Shown here piece after piece: positions 45,728 through 55,305 of a stretch of 64,000 nucleotides of DNA. Source of the stretch: Roseobacter sp. GTDB taxonomy: Bacteria > Pseudomonadota > Alphaproteobacteria > Rhodobacterales > Rhodobacteraceae. Positions within the stretch are counted from its first letter, which is position 1. Each line of letters opens with the position of its first letter. The translations under genes and the position numbers were made by a program. The notes beneath the pieces were generated by a model. That model was not told the origin of the DNA. It ran no database searches and saw nothing but the letters and a program-made list of their open reading frames with translations. The stretch is taken from assembly GCF_024639605.1 (NCBI RefSeq), contig NZ_JAHEHZ010000001.1, positions 881 through 64,880 of the forward strand. The letters run 5' to 3'.

Positions 45728-47179
45728 TCAAGCCATGTGGAGTTTCACATATTCGAAATCACCGGGCTTGTTGTCGATGCCCACCTTGGGTGCTGCAATC
45801 CAGGAAGCGTATTTTCCCGGCTCGAAACAGGGCACCATCAGAGACTGGATAAAATCTCCGTCGGCCTTTGTCGGCAACCATTCAGCGCGGCGTTTCTCCC
45901 ATTCCTCTGACGGGATGATATTGCCATCAGGATCAACGCAAACGCTTGAAAAGACGCCGATCTGGCGGTGGAAGCCTTCGTGTGGCAGTTTCAGTTCAAA
46001 TTCCACACCTGCGCGGGCAATCGCCTTGTTCCAGCGGCCGACACCACCTGCGGCATCGCGCACATAATCATCGCGCAGCCGCATGTTGATCGCCGTCAGC
46101 GCCGGCACGTCTTCGGTCAGGATCTTACCGTCCCTGATAGAGGTTACCGCATAGGTGTCATTCTGCAGTTTGTGATCATCATCGATCCTGAGTTCCATAT
46201 ACCGGCCCTTGATCCCTGCGTTGAAGGCATTGGCGGCATTGGTCGAGACCTCCTGCCCAAAAAGATCGAGGCTCAGCGTGTAATGCAGGTTGAGTTTTTT
46301 CTGGATCGTCGGCAGGTCAATCACACCCAGATCGCGGATTTTGTTGATGTCATAAGGATCGGTGATGCCGTTCGCATTCATCGCCTCCAGGGTCGCCTGA
46401 ATGGTGCGCCCGACACCGGTCTCGCCGACGAACATGTGGTGCGCCTCTTCGGTCAGCATGAAACGGCAGGTGCGGCTCAGCGGGTCAAAGCCGGACTGCG
46501 CGAGGCTCTCAAGCTGCATCTTGCCATCACGGTCTGTGAAATAGGTGAACATAAAAAACGACAGCCAGTCAGGGGTTTCCTCGTTGAAGGCGCCCAGCAT
46601 GCGCGGCGCTTCTTCGGAGCCCGACGAGCGGACCAGCAGATCGTCGGCCTCTTCACGCCCGTCACGACCAAAGTATTTCTGCAACAGATAGACCATCGCC
46701 CAGAGATGGCGGCCCTCTTCGACGTTCACCTGAAAAAGGTTGCGCATGTCATAAAGCGAGGGCGCGGTGAGACCGAGGAACCGTTGCTGTTCAACAGAGC
46801 CCGGTTCGGTGTCGCCCTGAATGACGATAAGGCGTTTGAGCATATTGCGGTACTCGCCCGGCACCTCCTGCCAGGCAGCTTCGCCGACGTGTTCCCCCAT
46901 CGGAATTTTGCGGTCCTCCACCGCCGGCGCCAGCAGCACGCCCCAGCGATATTCGGGCATTTTCACATAGTCGAACTTGGCCCAGCCTTTGGGGTCAACC
47001 GAGACCGCCGTGCGCAGATAGACCATGCTGTCCTGAAAATTCTGCGGGATCAGATCGTTCCACCAGTTAATGTACCCCGGATGCCATTTCTCGAGCGCTT
47101 TCAGAACCTTGCGATCTGAGCTCAGCCCCACGTTGTTGGGGATCTGACTGTCATAGCTTACGTTGATCAGGTCTGCCAT
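45728..47179 (-). CDS. boxB: Benzoyl-CoA 2,3-epoxidase oxygenase subunit (di-iron)
   Basis: IPNNVGL, QGDTEPGSVEQQ, VNVEEGRHLW, EEAHH di-iron motifs; GGAG RBS. Confidence 0.96.
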   Translation of the reverse strand: MADLINVSYDSQIPNNVGLSSDRKVLKALEKWHPGYINWWNDLIPQNFQDSMVYLRTAVSVDPKGWAKFDYVKMPEYRWGVLLAPAVEDRKIPMGEHVGEAAWQEVPGEYRNMLKRLIVIQGDTEPGSVEQQRFLGLTAPSLYDMRNLFQVNVEEGRHLWAMVYLLQKYFGRDGREEADDLLVRSSGSEEAPRMLGAFNEETPDWLSFFMFTYFTDRDGKMQLESLAQSGFDPLSRTCRFMLTEEAHHMFVGETGVGRTIQATLEAMNANGITDPYDINKIRDLGVIDLPTIQKKLNLHYTLSLDLFGQEVSTNAANAFNAGIKGRYMELRIDDDHKLQNDTYAVTSIRDGKILTEDVPALTAINMRLRDDYVRDAAGGVGRWNKAIARAGVEFELKLPHEGFHRQIGVFSSVCVDPDGNIIPSEEWEKRRAEWLPTKADGDFIQSLMVPCFEPGKYASWIAAPKVGIDNKPGDFEYVKLHMA

Positions 47180-47237
47180 TGTCTCTTCTCCATCTTTTGT
47201 CGCAGGGCGCGCGCCCGTCGTGTCCTGTGCTGCGGGC

Positions 47238-48896
47238 TCACACCCGCTGTTTGTTGTAATCAGCCCTGAGACCGGTGCCATAGCGTTGCAGCGCACCCTC
47301 AGGACCAACCGCATTGGGTCTTTGAAAAATCCAGTTCTGCCAGGCGGTGAGGCGCCCGAAAATGCGCGTCTCCATCGTTTCGGGCCCGGCAAAGCGCAGG
47401 TTGGCCTCCATGCCCGTCAGCGCATCAGGGGAGAAGCTGGCACGCTCTTCCATGAAGAGGCGGACCTCGTCTTCCCAGTCGATATCGTCATAGGCATAAG
47501 TCACAAGGCCGAGTTCTTCCGCGTCAGGGGCCTCCAGCGTGTCTCCCACGCGCTGACGCAGCACCTCCACCTGTTCCGGGGTGGCCAGAAAGCGGGTCTC
47601 CAGACGGCTGAGCCCGTTGCCCATCGGGTAGCGCCCGAAGCTGGCCTCCGTCAGGGTGATCCCGGCCAGCGGCCGGTCATCGTCCTCGAATTCTTCCAGC
47701 ATCATATAGCTGCGATCGACGGCCCAGAGGATTTCCGCGAGCGGCCCTGCGAAACAGGAGCCGTGCTCAACCAGTGCCACCAGGCTGCGCGATGTCATGT
47801 CGATACGCTTGAGAACGCGTTTCCAGAGCGTCAGCACCTCATTGGCCAGCCAGTGGTCCGCGTTGTTGAGGAGCAGCGCCTCGTGAGCAACCACGGCCTG
47901 CGGATCGCCTTCGGTGCGAAATGCAATGAGGCCGATCTCGTCCTCATTGCTGCGCAGGTGCAGGATGGCGTCGTCCAGTTCGCGCGCGCACCTCAGCATC
48001 CAGGCCTGCGCGCCCTGTTCTGTGAACGCGTCCATATCGGCGACCGCGGCCTCACCGGGGCCGGTGATTGTGACGTCTGCCCGGCGTCCGGCGCGGTCAA
48101 CCGTCAAGGCGACGGTGGACCAGGTGACGCGGTCAGCGTCAAAGCTGCGCTCCAGCGGTGTCAGCCGGATGCCTTTCTGTGCGCCATGACCGGCGGCGTT
48201 CTGCGCCATTTCCCGGGCGCGGGTGGCGACCGTTTCATCAAAGGTCGCGTTCGGGATAAGCTCATCCACAAGACGCCATTTCAAAGCGCGGCTGCCTTTA
48301 ACGCCTTCCTCGACCGAGCAGAAAACATCCGCAAGATCACGGCGGACTTTGCGCTTGTCAGTGACCCGCGTCAGCCCGCCGGTTCCCGGCAGTACGGCCA
48401 GCAGCGGCACCTCGGGCAGCGCCACCGAAGAGGTGCTGTCATCGGTCAGCATGATATGATTGCAGGCCAGCGCCAGTTCATACCCGCCCCCCGCGCAGGC
48501 CCCCCGGATCGCGCAGATATAGTTCTGATTGCTGTCCTCAAGTGCCGCCTCCAGAGTGTTGCGCGTCTCATTGGTGAACTTGCAGAAGTTGACCTTGTGC
48601 GCATGGGCAGCGCCACCAAGCATGCGGATGTTCGCGCCCGCGCAGAACACTTTGTCTTTGGCAGACCGCATCACGACCACGCGCACCTCCGGATGCTCGA
48701 ACCGCATGCGCTGGACAATATCCGCAAGCTCGATATCCACGCCGAGGTCATAGGAATTGAGTTTCAGCTCATAGCCGTCAAAGAGCCCGCCTGCCTCATT
48801 GACATCCATCAGCAGTGTGGCCACCGGGCCGTCATACTCCACGCGCCAGTGACGCATGTTGTCCGGATCGGTCTGGAAATCAATTCTGTCAGCCAC
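47238..48896 (-). CDS. boxC: 2,3-epoxybenzoyl-CoA dihydrolase
   Basis: LKLNSYDLGVDIEL, FCAGANI, AGGGYELALAC, VPLLAVLPGTGG, ETRIFGRLTAWQNWIF. Confidence 0.96.
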   Translation of the reverse strand: MADRIDFQTDPDNMRHWRVEYDGPVATLLMDVNEAGGLFDGYELKLNSYDLGVDIELADIVQRMRFEHPEVRVVVMRSAKDKVFCAGANIRMLGGAAHAHKVNFCKFTNETRNTLEAALEDSNQNYICAIRGACAGGGYELALACNHIMLTDDSTSSVALPEVPLLAVLPGTGGLTRVTDKRKVRRDLADVFCSVEEGVKGSRALKWRLVDELIPNATFDETVATRAREMAQNAAGHGAQKGIRLTPLERSFDADRVTWSTVALTVDRAGRRADVTITGPGEAAVADMDAFTEQGAQAWMLRCARELDDAILHLRSNEDEIGLIAFRTEGDPQAVVAHEALLLNNADHWLANEVLTLWKRVLKRIDMTSRSLVALVEHGSCFAGPLAEILWAVDRSYMMLEEFEDDDRPLAGITLTEASFGRYPMGNGLSRLETRFLATPEQVEVLRQRVGDTLEAPDAEELGLVTYAYDDIDWEDEVRLFMEERASFSPDALTGMEANLRFAGPETMETRIFGRLTAWQNWIFQRPNAVGPEGALQRYGTGLRADYNKQRV

Positions 48897-48942
48897 GGCT
48901 TATCTCCCCACCCGCCTGTCTTCGGGATTTTATCTGAAATAT

Positions 48943-49019
48943 TGAACTATACTTCACAGAAGAGTCCATAAATCCTCGGAGTTTACGCCGGTATTATCGT
49001 TATTTTGCACTATGGTGCA
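48943..49019. promoter_or_regulatory. Candidate BoxR operators upstream of boxC
   Basis: TGCA-CTATGG-TGCA (49006-49019) and TGAA-CTATAC-TTCA (48943-48956). Confidence 0.65.
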
Positions 49020-49470
49020 GTTCGCTCTGCGCGCGGGTTTCATGAACCCAGGCACGCAGGGATCTCGGGTCAAGCCCCAGTGGCTGCTGCCCGGAGGGGC
49101 ATCGCGCCAGATGCGCCTCCACCATATCGCACAGCCGGCGCGCTGCATGCGGGCGCAGCATCAGCAGTTTCAGGCGCGCATTGGCCAGCTGGATCAGCGC
49201 CTGCACAATATCGCGCTCCGGGCTGGGATCAGAAGTCTGCATCCAGACTGCTTCCAGGACTTCGTGGCACTCCCAGTAATAGCCCGCATCGAAATAGGCC
49301 CTGCCACAGCGCAGAGCGAAACTACCCGCCAGCACATCGCTGCCCGCCCTGTCCGGCACCGTCCGTCTGATTGCATCAAACCAGTCTTCCGGGTGACGCG
49401 GAGTGCGTCCGGGGATATAGGCGTGCGACGGCACCGGCACATCGCGGGGCAGATCACTCAGGCGCGACAT
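49000..49470 (-). CDS. DUF309-family protein
   Basis: FDAGYYWECHEVLEAVW...ALIQLA motif. Confidence 0.85.
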   Translation of the reverse strand: MSRLSDLPRDVPVPSHAYIPGRTPRHPEDWFDAIRRTVPDRAGSDVLAGSFALRCGRAYFDAGYYWECHEVLEAVWMQTSDPSPERDIVQALIQLANARLKLLMLRPHAARRLCDMVEAHLARCPSGQQPLGLDPRSLRAWVHETRAQSELHHSAK

Positions 49471-50281
49471 CGGCGTTTTCGAGACGTATCAACCTTTTGG
49501 TGAAGTCACCGACGGCCGCAAGCACCGCATCCGGTGCTTCGAGATGTGGCGCGTGACCGCACTTTTCAGGAAGAAGCGTTTCCAGCGGGGAATAGATGCG
49601 GGTCTCGATCTCATCAATCTGCGCGCGGCTGCCGTAGGGGTCCTGCCCGCCCTGAACGGCGAGCACAGGCACGCGCCAGTGATCGATGCAGTCCGCCACA
49701 TTCCACGTCTCAAAGCCCGGGTCGGTCCATGCATCATGCCAGCCGTTGAATGCCATCTCCGCATCGCTATGCCAGCGCGCGAGCTTTGCGTGCAGATCAC
49801 CGGTGCGAAAGGCTTCACCGGCCTTGCGGATCGCATCAAGCCCCTGCGGCTCAGTAAAAAAATGTGGCGCCACCAGGATAAGGCCACGCACCCGCATATC
49901 GCTGACGGATCCCGCGTAGATCGCAGCGATCGTAGCGCCATCGGAATGCCCCAGAAGGATTACGTCCCGAAGCCCCGCTGCATCCATCACCGGGCCCAGC
50001 ATTTCGACCGCTTCACGGGTCATGTAATCCGGCGGCCGCGGCAATGTCACACCTTCGGAGTTCCCATATCCTGCGCGCGACCAGACAAAGACACCCAGCC
50101 CGGTCTCAGCCGCCAGCCGCGCGGGGAAGTCCCGCCACAGTGCAGCACTGCCCAGGCCTTCGTGTAACAGCACAAGGGTCGGCGCCCCGGACCCGGGCGG
50201 CGGACCGTAGCAGGCATATTCCAGCGACTTACCGCCGGCTTTCAGGCGGCCATCCGGGTGTTCTGACCAGGCGTTGCTCAC
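49454..50281 (-). CDS. Alpha/beta hydrolase (lactonase/esterase-like, box-associated)
   Basis: LLHEGLGS, GHSDGATIA nucleophile elbow, DPYG, CGHAPH; GTG start overlapping the ligase stop. Confidence 0.88.
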   Translation of the reverse strand: MSNAWSEHPDGRLKAGGKSLEYACYGPPPGSGAPTLVLLHEGLGSAALWRDFPARLAAETGLGVFVWSRAGYGNSEGVTLPRPPDYMTREAVEMLGPVMDAAGLRDVILLGHSDGATIAAIYAGSVSDMRVRGLILVAPHFFTEPQGLDAIRKAGEAFRTGDLHAKLARWHSDAEMAFNGWHDAWTDPGFETWNVADCIDHWRVPVLAVQGGQDPYGSRAQIDEIETRIYSPLETLLPEKCGHAPHLEAPDAVLAAVGDFTKRLIRLENADVAPE

Positions 50282-51819
50282 TGATCGGCTCCGCGCAGCC
50301 GGAATCGCTGGATTTTGCCGGTGGCCGTTTTGGGCAGCTCGTCCACGATGCTTATCCAGCGCGGATACTTCCATTTACCGATGCGGTTTTTGACATGCTC
50401 TTTCAGGTGCTCTGCGATCTCGCTGTCGGCTGCATCCTGCAGCACGACAAAAGCCTTTGGCTTATCGAGACCATCTTCTCCGGCGGCGGCAACGACAGCG
50501 GCTTCGAGCACCGCCGGATGGCTGGCGAGCGCCTGTTCGACCTCGAAGGGCGAGACCCAGATACCGGACACCTTGAACATATCATCCGTGCGCCCGCAGT
50601 AGACATACCGTCCGTCCGTGCGACGTTCGTATTTATCACCGGTGCGGGTCCATTCGCCCTCGAATGTTGTGCGGGACTTTTTGCGCTGGTTCCAGTAACC
50701 CGCGGCCGCTGAAGCACCGCGCACCAGCAACTCTCCGATTTCATTATCACCGACCTCAGCGCCGGTCTCATCCACAAGGCGCATATCATACCCCGGCACG
50801 GCGATACCGGAGGTGCCGTAAACATTGTCCCCGGCACGGTTGCTGAGAAAGATATGCAACATTTCAGTGGATCCGACACCGTCGAGAATGGCGACGCCGG
50901 TATGCGCCTCCCACCGCATACCGACGTCTTCGGGAAGCGCCTCCCCTGCTGAGATTGCTCTGCGAAGCGGGGTGGCGGGCGTACCCGCTTTGTCCATCCC
51001 GGCCACCATTGCGGCGTAAAGCGTTGGCACGCCGCAAAAGACTGTCGGTTGCTCAGCCGTCATGACCGCGAGCATATCCGCCGGTGTGGGACGCCCCGCA
51101 AAAAGCACAGTTGTGGCCCCTGCGGCAAGCGGAAATGTCATCGCATTGCCCAGCCCGTAAGCAAAAAACAGTTTGGCCGCAGAGAAGACCACATCGTCTT
51201 CCCGCAGGCCGAGTATATGCGCGCCATATGTATCGGCGGTAGCCTTCATGCTGGAATGTACATGTGGCACGCCTTTGGGCTGTCCGGTCGAGCCTGAGGA
51301 GTAGAGCCAGAAGGCGACCTCATCATCGGAGGCAGGCTGGGTAGCCAGAGTCCCGGCATCCCTGACAAAGGCGTCAAAAGAGGTGGTGCCCGCGGGTGCG
51401 TGATCGCCGGTGACAACGATCACGCGCAGCGTGGGGTGGCCATCGATCAAAGGCGCGACCACATCAAAGAGCGCCTCAGAGACAAAAAGAACTGCGGCGC
51501 GGCAATCGCGCAGAATTGCATCGTAGACCGGCGCAGCAAGCAGGGTGTTGAGCGGCACGGGAATGACCCCGCTCTTCAGAGCTCCAAAAAAGATCTGCGG
51601 AAATTCGATGGTATCTGTCACCAGCATCGCGGCGCGTTCTTCGGGGCGCACACCGGCGCGACGCAATGCAGCCGCAACCTGTCCGGACCCCTCTGCCAGG
51701 CCCTGATAGGTCAGCGCTCTGCCGCTGCCGGCCTCGCGGTAAGCGACTTTGTCGCCCCGCCCTTCATCAAGGTGGCGGTCGACAAACCACGTGGCCCCGT
51801 TTCCGGCAACATTCGTCAC
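50278..51819 (-). CDS. Benzoate-CoA ligase
   Basis: FWLYSSGSTGQPKG, SAAKLFFAYGLGN, LDGVGSTEMLHIF, KTATGKIQRF. Confidence 0.93.
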   Translation of the reverse strand: MTNVAGNGATWFVDRHLDEGRGDKVAYREAGSGRALTYQGLAEGSGQVAAALRRAGVRPEERAAMLVTDTIEFPQIFFGALKSGVIPVPLNTLLAAPVYDAILRDCRAAVLFVSEALFDVVAPLIDGHPTLRVIVVTGDHAPAGTTSFDAFVRDAGTLATQPASDDEVAFWLYSSGSTGQPKGVPHVHSSMKATADTYGAHILGLREDDVVFSAAKLFFAYGLGNAMTFPLAAGATTVLFAGRPTPADMLAVMTAEQPTVFCGVPTLYAAMVAGMDKAGTPATPLRRAISAGEALPEDVGMRWEAHTGVAILDGVGSTEMLHIFLSNRAGDNVYGTSGIAVPGYDMRLVDETGAEVGDNEIGELLVRGASAAAGYWNQRKKSRTTFEGEWTRTGDKYERRTDGRYVYCGRTDDMFKVSGIWVSPFEVEQALASHPAVLEAAVVAAAGEDGLDKPKAFVVLQDAADSEIAEHLKEHVKNRIGKWKYPRWISIVDELPKTATGKIQRFRLRGADQ

Positions 51820-51851
51820 GCGTCTTTCCCTCCGATGCGACCTGCGATAGC

Positions 51852-51916
51852 TGCTCTATCGTGCACCTGCGACCGCCTGTCGCAAGCGGTTCTCACGGAA
51901 AAAGCATTTTAGTGCA
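51852..51916. promoter_or_regulatory. Candidate BoxR operators upstream of the ligase
   Basis: TGCT-CTATCG-TGCA (51852-51865) and AGCA-TTTTAG-TGCA (51903-51916). Confidence 0.55.
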
Positions 51917-51938
51917 CTTTTTAGCCGATGGCTGGGAA

Positions 51939-53294
51939 TCAACCCGGCAGGAGAAAGAGTGTAATAGCCGGGAACATGACCAGAATGATGACACGAAGGA
52001 TGTCCGATCCGACAAAGAACATCACAGCCTTGTAGGTCTCAGTCATCGGCGTTTCGCGATCCATCGCGTTGATGATGAAGAGGTTCATGCCCACAGGCGG
52101 GGTGATCAGCCCGACCTCGACCACGATCAGCACGAGGATGCCGAACCAGATTGCAACGTGTTCGGGCGACATGCCGAAATCCATCGCGGAGATCACCGGA
52201 AAGAAAATCGGCACAGTGAGCAGGATCATCGACAGGCTGTCCATCAGGCAGCCGAAGATCAGATAGAACACAAGAATAATCGAGAGCACCAGCCAGGGCG
52301 AGAAGCCCTGCGTCAGCACCCAGTCGGCCATGAACTGCGGCACGCCCGAGAGGGCCAGAAAACCGTTGTAGAATGCCGCCCCCAGCACGATGAAAAAGAT
52401 CATCGCCGTTGTGCGCGCGGTGCCCAGCAGGCTCTCGCGGAAGACCGGCCAGTTGAGGCTGCCGGAAAGGAGTGCGACGAGCCCCGTGCCCATCGCGCCG
52501 ATGGCCGAACCTTCGGTCGGCGTAAACCAGCCGAGATAGATGCCGCCCACGACGAGGGCAAAGATCACCAGCACCGGCCAGGTGGCCCCCAGCGCCTTCC
52601 AGCGGTCGGCCATGGGCACCGGCGGGCGCGTGCCGGCCGATTTCGGAAAGAGACGCACATAAACGGAGATTGTCAGCATATAGCCCAGGGCCGCGAGGAT
52701 GCCGGGAATGAAGGCGGCAAGGAAGAGCTTGGCGATGTTCTGCTCGGTGATGATCGCATAGATCACCAGAATGACAGAGGGAGGGATCAGGATGCCAAGC
52801 GTGCCGCCAGCGGCGAGGGTCGCTGTGGAAAAACCGCCCGAGTAGCCGTAGCGACGCAGTTCCGGCAGCGCCACGCGCGACATCGTGGCCGCTGTGGCAA
52901 GCGACGAACCGCATATCGCACCGAACCCCGCACAGGCGCCGACAGCCGCCATTGCAACGCCTCCGCGCCGATGGCCGAGAAAGCTCTCGGCAGCCTTAAA
53001 GAGCGCGCTGGAGAGCCCCGATAGGGTTGCGAACTGGCCCATCAGCAGAAACATCGGAATGATGCTGAGCGAGTAGCTGGAGAAGGTCGTGTATGTTTCA
53101 GATTTGAGTTTTGCCAGCAGCGGCACCGGGTTGCCGTTCATCGCATAATACCAGCCGCCAAAGCCACAGAGCAGCATGGCAAGGCCAATGGGCGCACGCA
53201 GAAAGATCATTCCCAGCAGCACGGCAAAGGACCAGAACCCCAGCTCAAGCCGGCTCATATCCGCAAAGGGCAGCAGATCGAGGAAAGCGCCCAT
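51939..53294 (-). CDS. dctM: TRAP transporter large permease DctM
   Basis: IPMFLLMG, GAICGSSLATAA, GGTLGILIPPS, GLITPPVGMNLF. Confidence 0.95.
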   Translation of the reverse strand: MGAFLDLLPFADMSRLELGFWSFAVLLGMIFLRAPIGLAMLLCGFGGWYYAMNGNPVPLLAKLKSETYTTFSSYSLSIIPMFLLMGQFATLSGLSSALFKAAESFLGHRRGGVAMAAVGACAGFGAICGSSLATAATMSRVALPELRRYGYSGGFSTATLAAGGTLGILIPPSVILVIYAIITEQNIAKLFLAAFIPGILAALGYMLTISVYVRLFPKSAGTRPPVPMADRWKALGATWPVLVIFALVVGGIYLGWFTPTEGSAIGAMGTGLVALLSGSLNWPVFRESLLGTARTTAMIFFIVLGAAFYNGFLALSGVPQFMADWVLTQGFSPWLVLSIILVFYLIFGCLMDSLSMILLTVPIFFPVISAMDFGMSPEHVAIWFGILVLIVVEVGLITPPVGMNLFIINAMDRETPMTETYKAVMFFVGSDILRVIILVMFPAITLFLLPG

Positions 53295-53300
53295 CCGACC

Positions 53301-53870
53301 CTATTCCTGCGTCATCAGTGTGCGGCCGGTAAGGCTTTCAGCGACACGCAGATACGCGCACCAGAGCGCCACAATGCAGGTCACGACCGAGGCTGCAAAG
53401 CTTGCTGAATAGGCCCACCAGACCGGGAACTGCAAAAAGAACGTCGTCTCGCCATTGCCGTAGTAGCGCTGCACACCGCCAAAAAGCTGCACTGAGATCA
53501 GGATCAGCGCCGCGGTCAGTGCCACCTCCCAGAAGGCCGCCAGTGCGCGGTTGGCGGCACCTGGCAGATGCGATGTGAAGATATCAACGGTCGCATGCGC
53601 CCGGCTGAGCTGGCAGACCGGGAAAAAGGAGAAGATCGCAAAGGCGATGCCGGCTTCCAGCAGTTCGTAGTTGCCGTTCACTTCGCCAATGCCGCTGTCG
53701 ATCAGCGTGCGGGCAAAGTCTCCCAGCGTGCGTTCGGCAAAATCGGAGTGCAGCCACTTGTTCGCAGAGCGCCCGATGATCGAGACCGTTGTCAGCAGGA
53801 CAAGGCCGGTCAGGACCAGACCGCCGATCACTGCGGTGGCGCGGGCAAGAAGTCTGACGGCCTGATGCAT
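53301..53870 (-). CDS. dctQ: TRAP transporter small permease DctQ
   Basis: 4 TM helices, HATVDIF motif, lies between dctP and dctM. Confidence 0.9.
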   Translation of the reverse strand: MHQAVRLLARATAVIGGLVLTGLVLLTTVSIIGRSANKWLHSDFAERTLGDFARTLIDSGIGEVNGNYELLEAGIAFAIFSFFPVCQLSRAHATVDIFTSHLPGAANRALAAFWEVALTAALILISVQLFGGVQRYYGNGETTFFLQFPVWWAYSASFAASVVTCIVALWCAYLRVAESLTGRTLMTQE

Positions 53871-53890
53871 AAAGCACTCCGGGAGGCATG

Positions 53891-53924
53891 AAAAAGCCCG
53901 CGGTGCGGGATGCGCACCGCGGGC
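53891..53924 (-). terminator. Hairpin plus U-tract between dctP and dctQ
   Basis: GCCCGCGGTGCG-GGATG-CGCACCGCGGGC preceded by AAAAA. Confidence 0.75.
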
Positions 53925-53939
53925 CGGCTGTCACCGGAG

Positions 53940-54980
53940 TTATTCGGTGTATTTATCGATGAGCATACGCGCTTCGTCGATCAGCGCCTGACCGTCGATA
54001 CCTTTTTCGTTCATCTCAGCGACCCATTCGTCATAAATCGGCTGAGCGACGGCCTTCCACTCGGCCGTTTCGGCTTCATCGAGTGTGACGATGTTGTTGC
54101 CGCGCGCCACAGCCGCTTCGCGGGCGGGCCCGTCGCTGTCGGCCTGGGTGCCACCGGCAAAGACTGAGAACTCAACGCCGGAGTTATCGTCGATCACCTT
54201 TTTCAGATCATCGGGCAGGCCCTCATACCGGTCTTTGTTCATCGCCAGCACAAAGGTCAGCACGTAAAGCGCATTGCCCGTAAACTCGGTGTGATTGGTC
54301 ACCAGCTCCGGGATTTTCAGTGCGGCGGTCACCTCCCATGGGATCGTCGTGCCGTCGATCACGCCTTTGGAGAGGCCCTCAGGCACAGCAGGTACCGGCA
54401 TGCCGACGGGTGTGGCGCCAACTTTGCTCAGGAGCGCATTGGCCAGCCGCGACCCGCCGCGGATTTTAAGTCCTTCCATATCCGCAGGTGAGCGCACCTC
54501 TTTGTTAGCGTGGATCAGGCCAGGACCATGCACCCAGGTGCCGAGAATGTGCACATCTTTGAATTCGGTGTCTTTCATGTGGGTCTCGAACATTTCCCAG
54601 TAGGCGCGCGAGGCGGCCCGGGCGTTCGTCATCATGAAGGGCAGCTCAAAAACCTCGGTGCTCGGATAGCGACCCGGCGTATAGCCGACGACTGTCCAGA
54701 CGATATCGGCAACTCCGTCGATTGCCTGGTCCATCAGCTCCGGCGGGCTGCCGCCAAGCTGCATGGACGGATAGCGGTCGACCTTGATGCGTCCGCCGCT
54801 GTCTTTCTCGACATTGTCGGCCCAGACATCCAGCACCAGCTTTGGCACATTGGCCTGCGGTGGCAGGAACTGGTGCATTGTGAGTGTGACTTCCTGCGCG
54901 GCCAGCGGTGCAGCACCGAAGCCTGTGGCAAGTGCGGCAGCACCCACCAGATTCAGAAAATTCTTGCGTGAGATTTTCAT
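53940..54980 (-). CDS. dctP: TRAP transporter substrate-binding protein DctP
   Basis: Signal peptide, YPSMQLGG, FELPF, DMEGLKIR, LSKGVIDG. Confidence 0.93.
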   Translation of the reverse strand: MKISRKNFLNLVGAAALATGFGAAPLAAQEVTLTMHQFLPPQANVPKLVLDVWADNVEKDSGGRIKVDRYPSMQLGGSPPELMDQAIDGVADIVWTVVGYTPGRYPSTEVFELPFMMTNARAASRAYWEMFETHMKDTEFKDVHILGTWVHGPGLIHANKEVRSPADMEGLKIRGGSRLANALLSKVGATPVGMPVPAVPEGLSKGVIDGTTIPWEVTAALKIPELVTNHTEFTGNALYVLTFVLAMNKDRYEGLPDDLKKVIDDNSGVEFSVFAGGTQADSDGPAREAAVARGNNIVTLDEAETAEWKAVAQPIYDEWVAEMNEKGIDGQALIDEARMLIDKYTE

Positions 54981-55175
54981 GTGTTTCCTCCCTGAAAACC
55001 CGGGTTCGTCGCGTATCCCGCGATCTCAGACCCGATCATCCCTGACAAATTGCTATTGCAGACGAGGCGGCTTGTCACCTGTCTTTGTAACTATTGCAGC
55101 CGTCACAGAAGACCGCAGCATCCGCAGACAGGGGCGTCCTGCCCGAATCCGGAGCTGACAAAAATCAAAGAAAGA

Positions 55176-55252
<77 letters not shown>

Positions 55253-55262
55253 ATCGGCGCGT

Positions 55263-55291
55263 GACCTATGACAGCCAGGCTGCCGGGTCAA
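55263..55291 (-). promoter_or_regulatory. Sigma70 promoter of the tRNA
   Basis: TTGACC-N17-TAGGTC just upstream of the tRNA. Confidence 0.7.
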
Positions 55292-55305
55292 GGCTGAAAT
55301 GCCGA

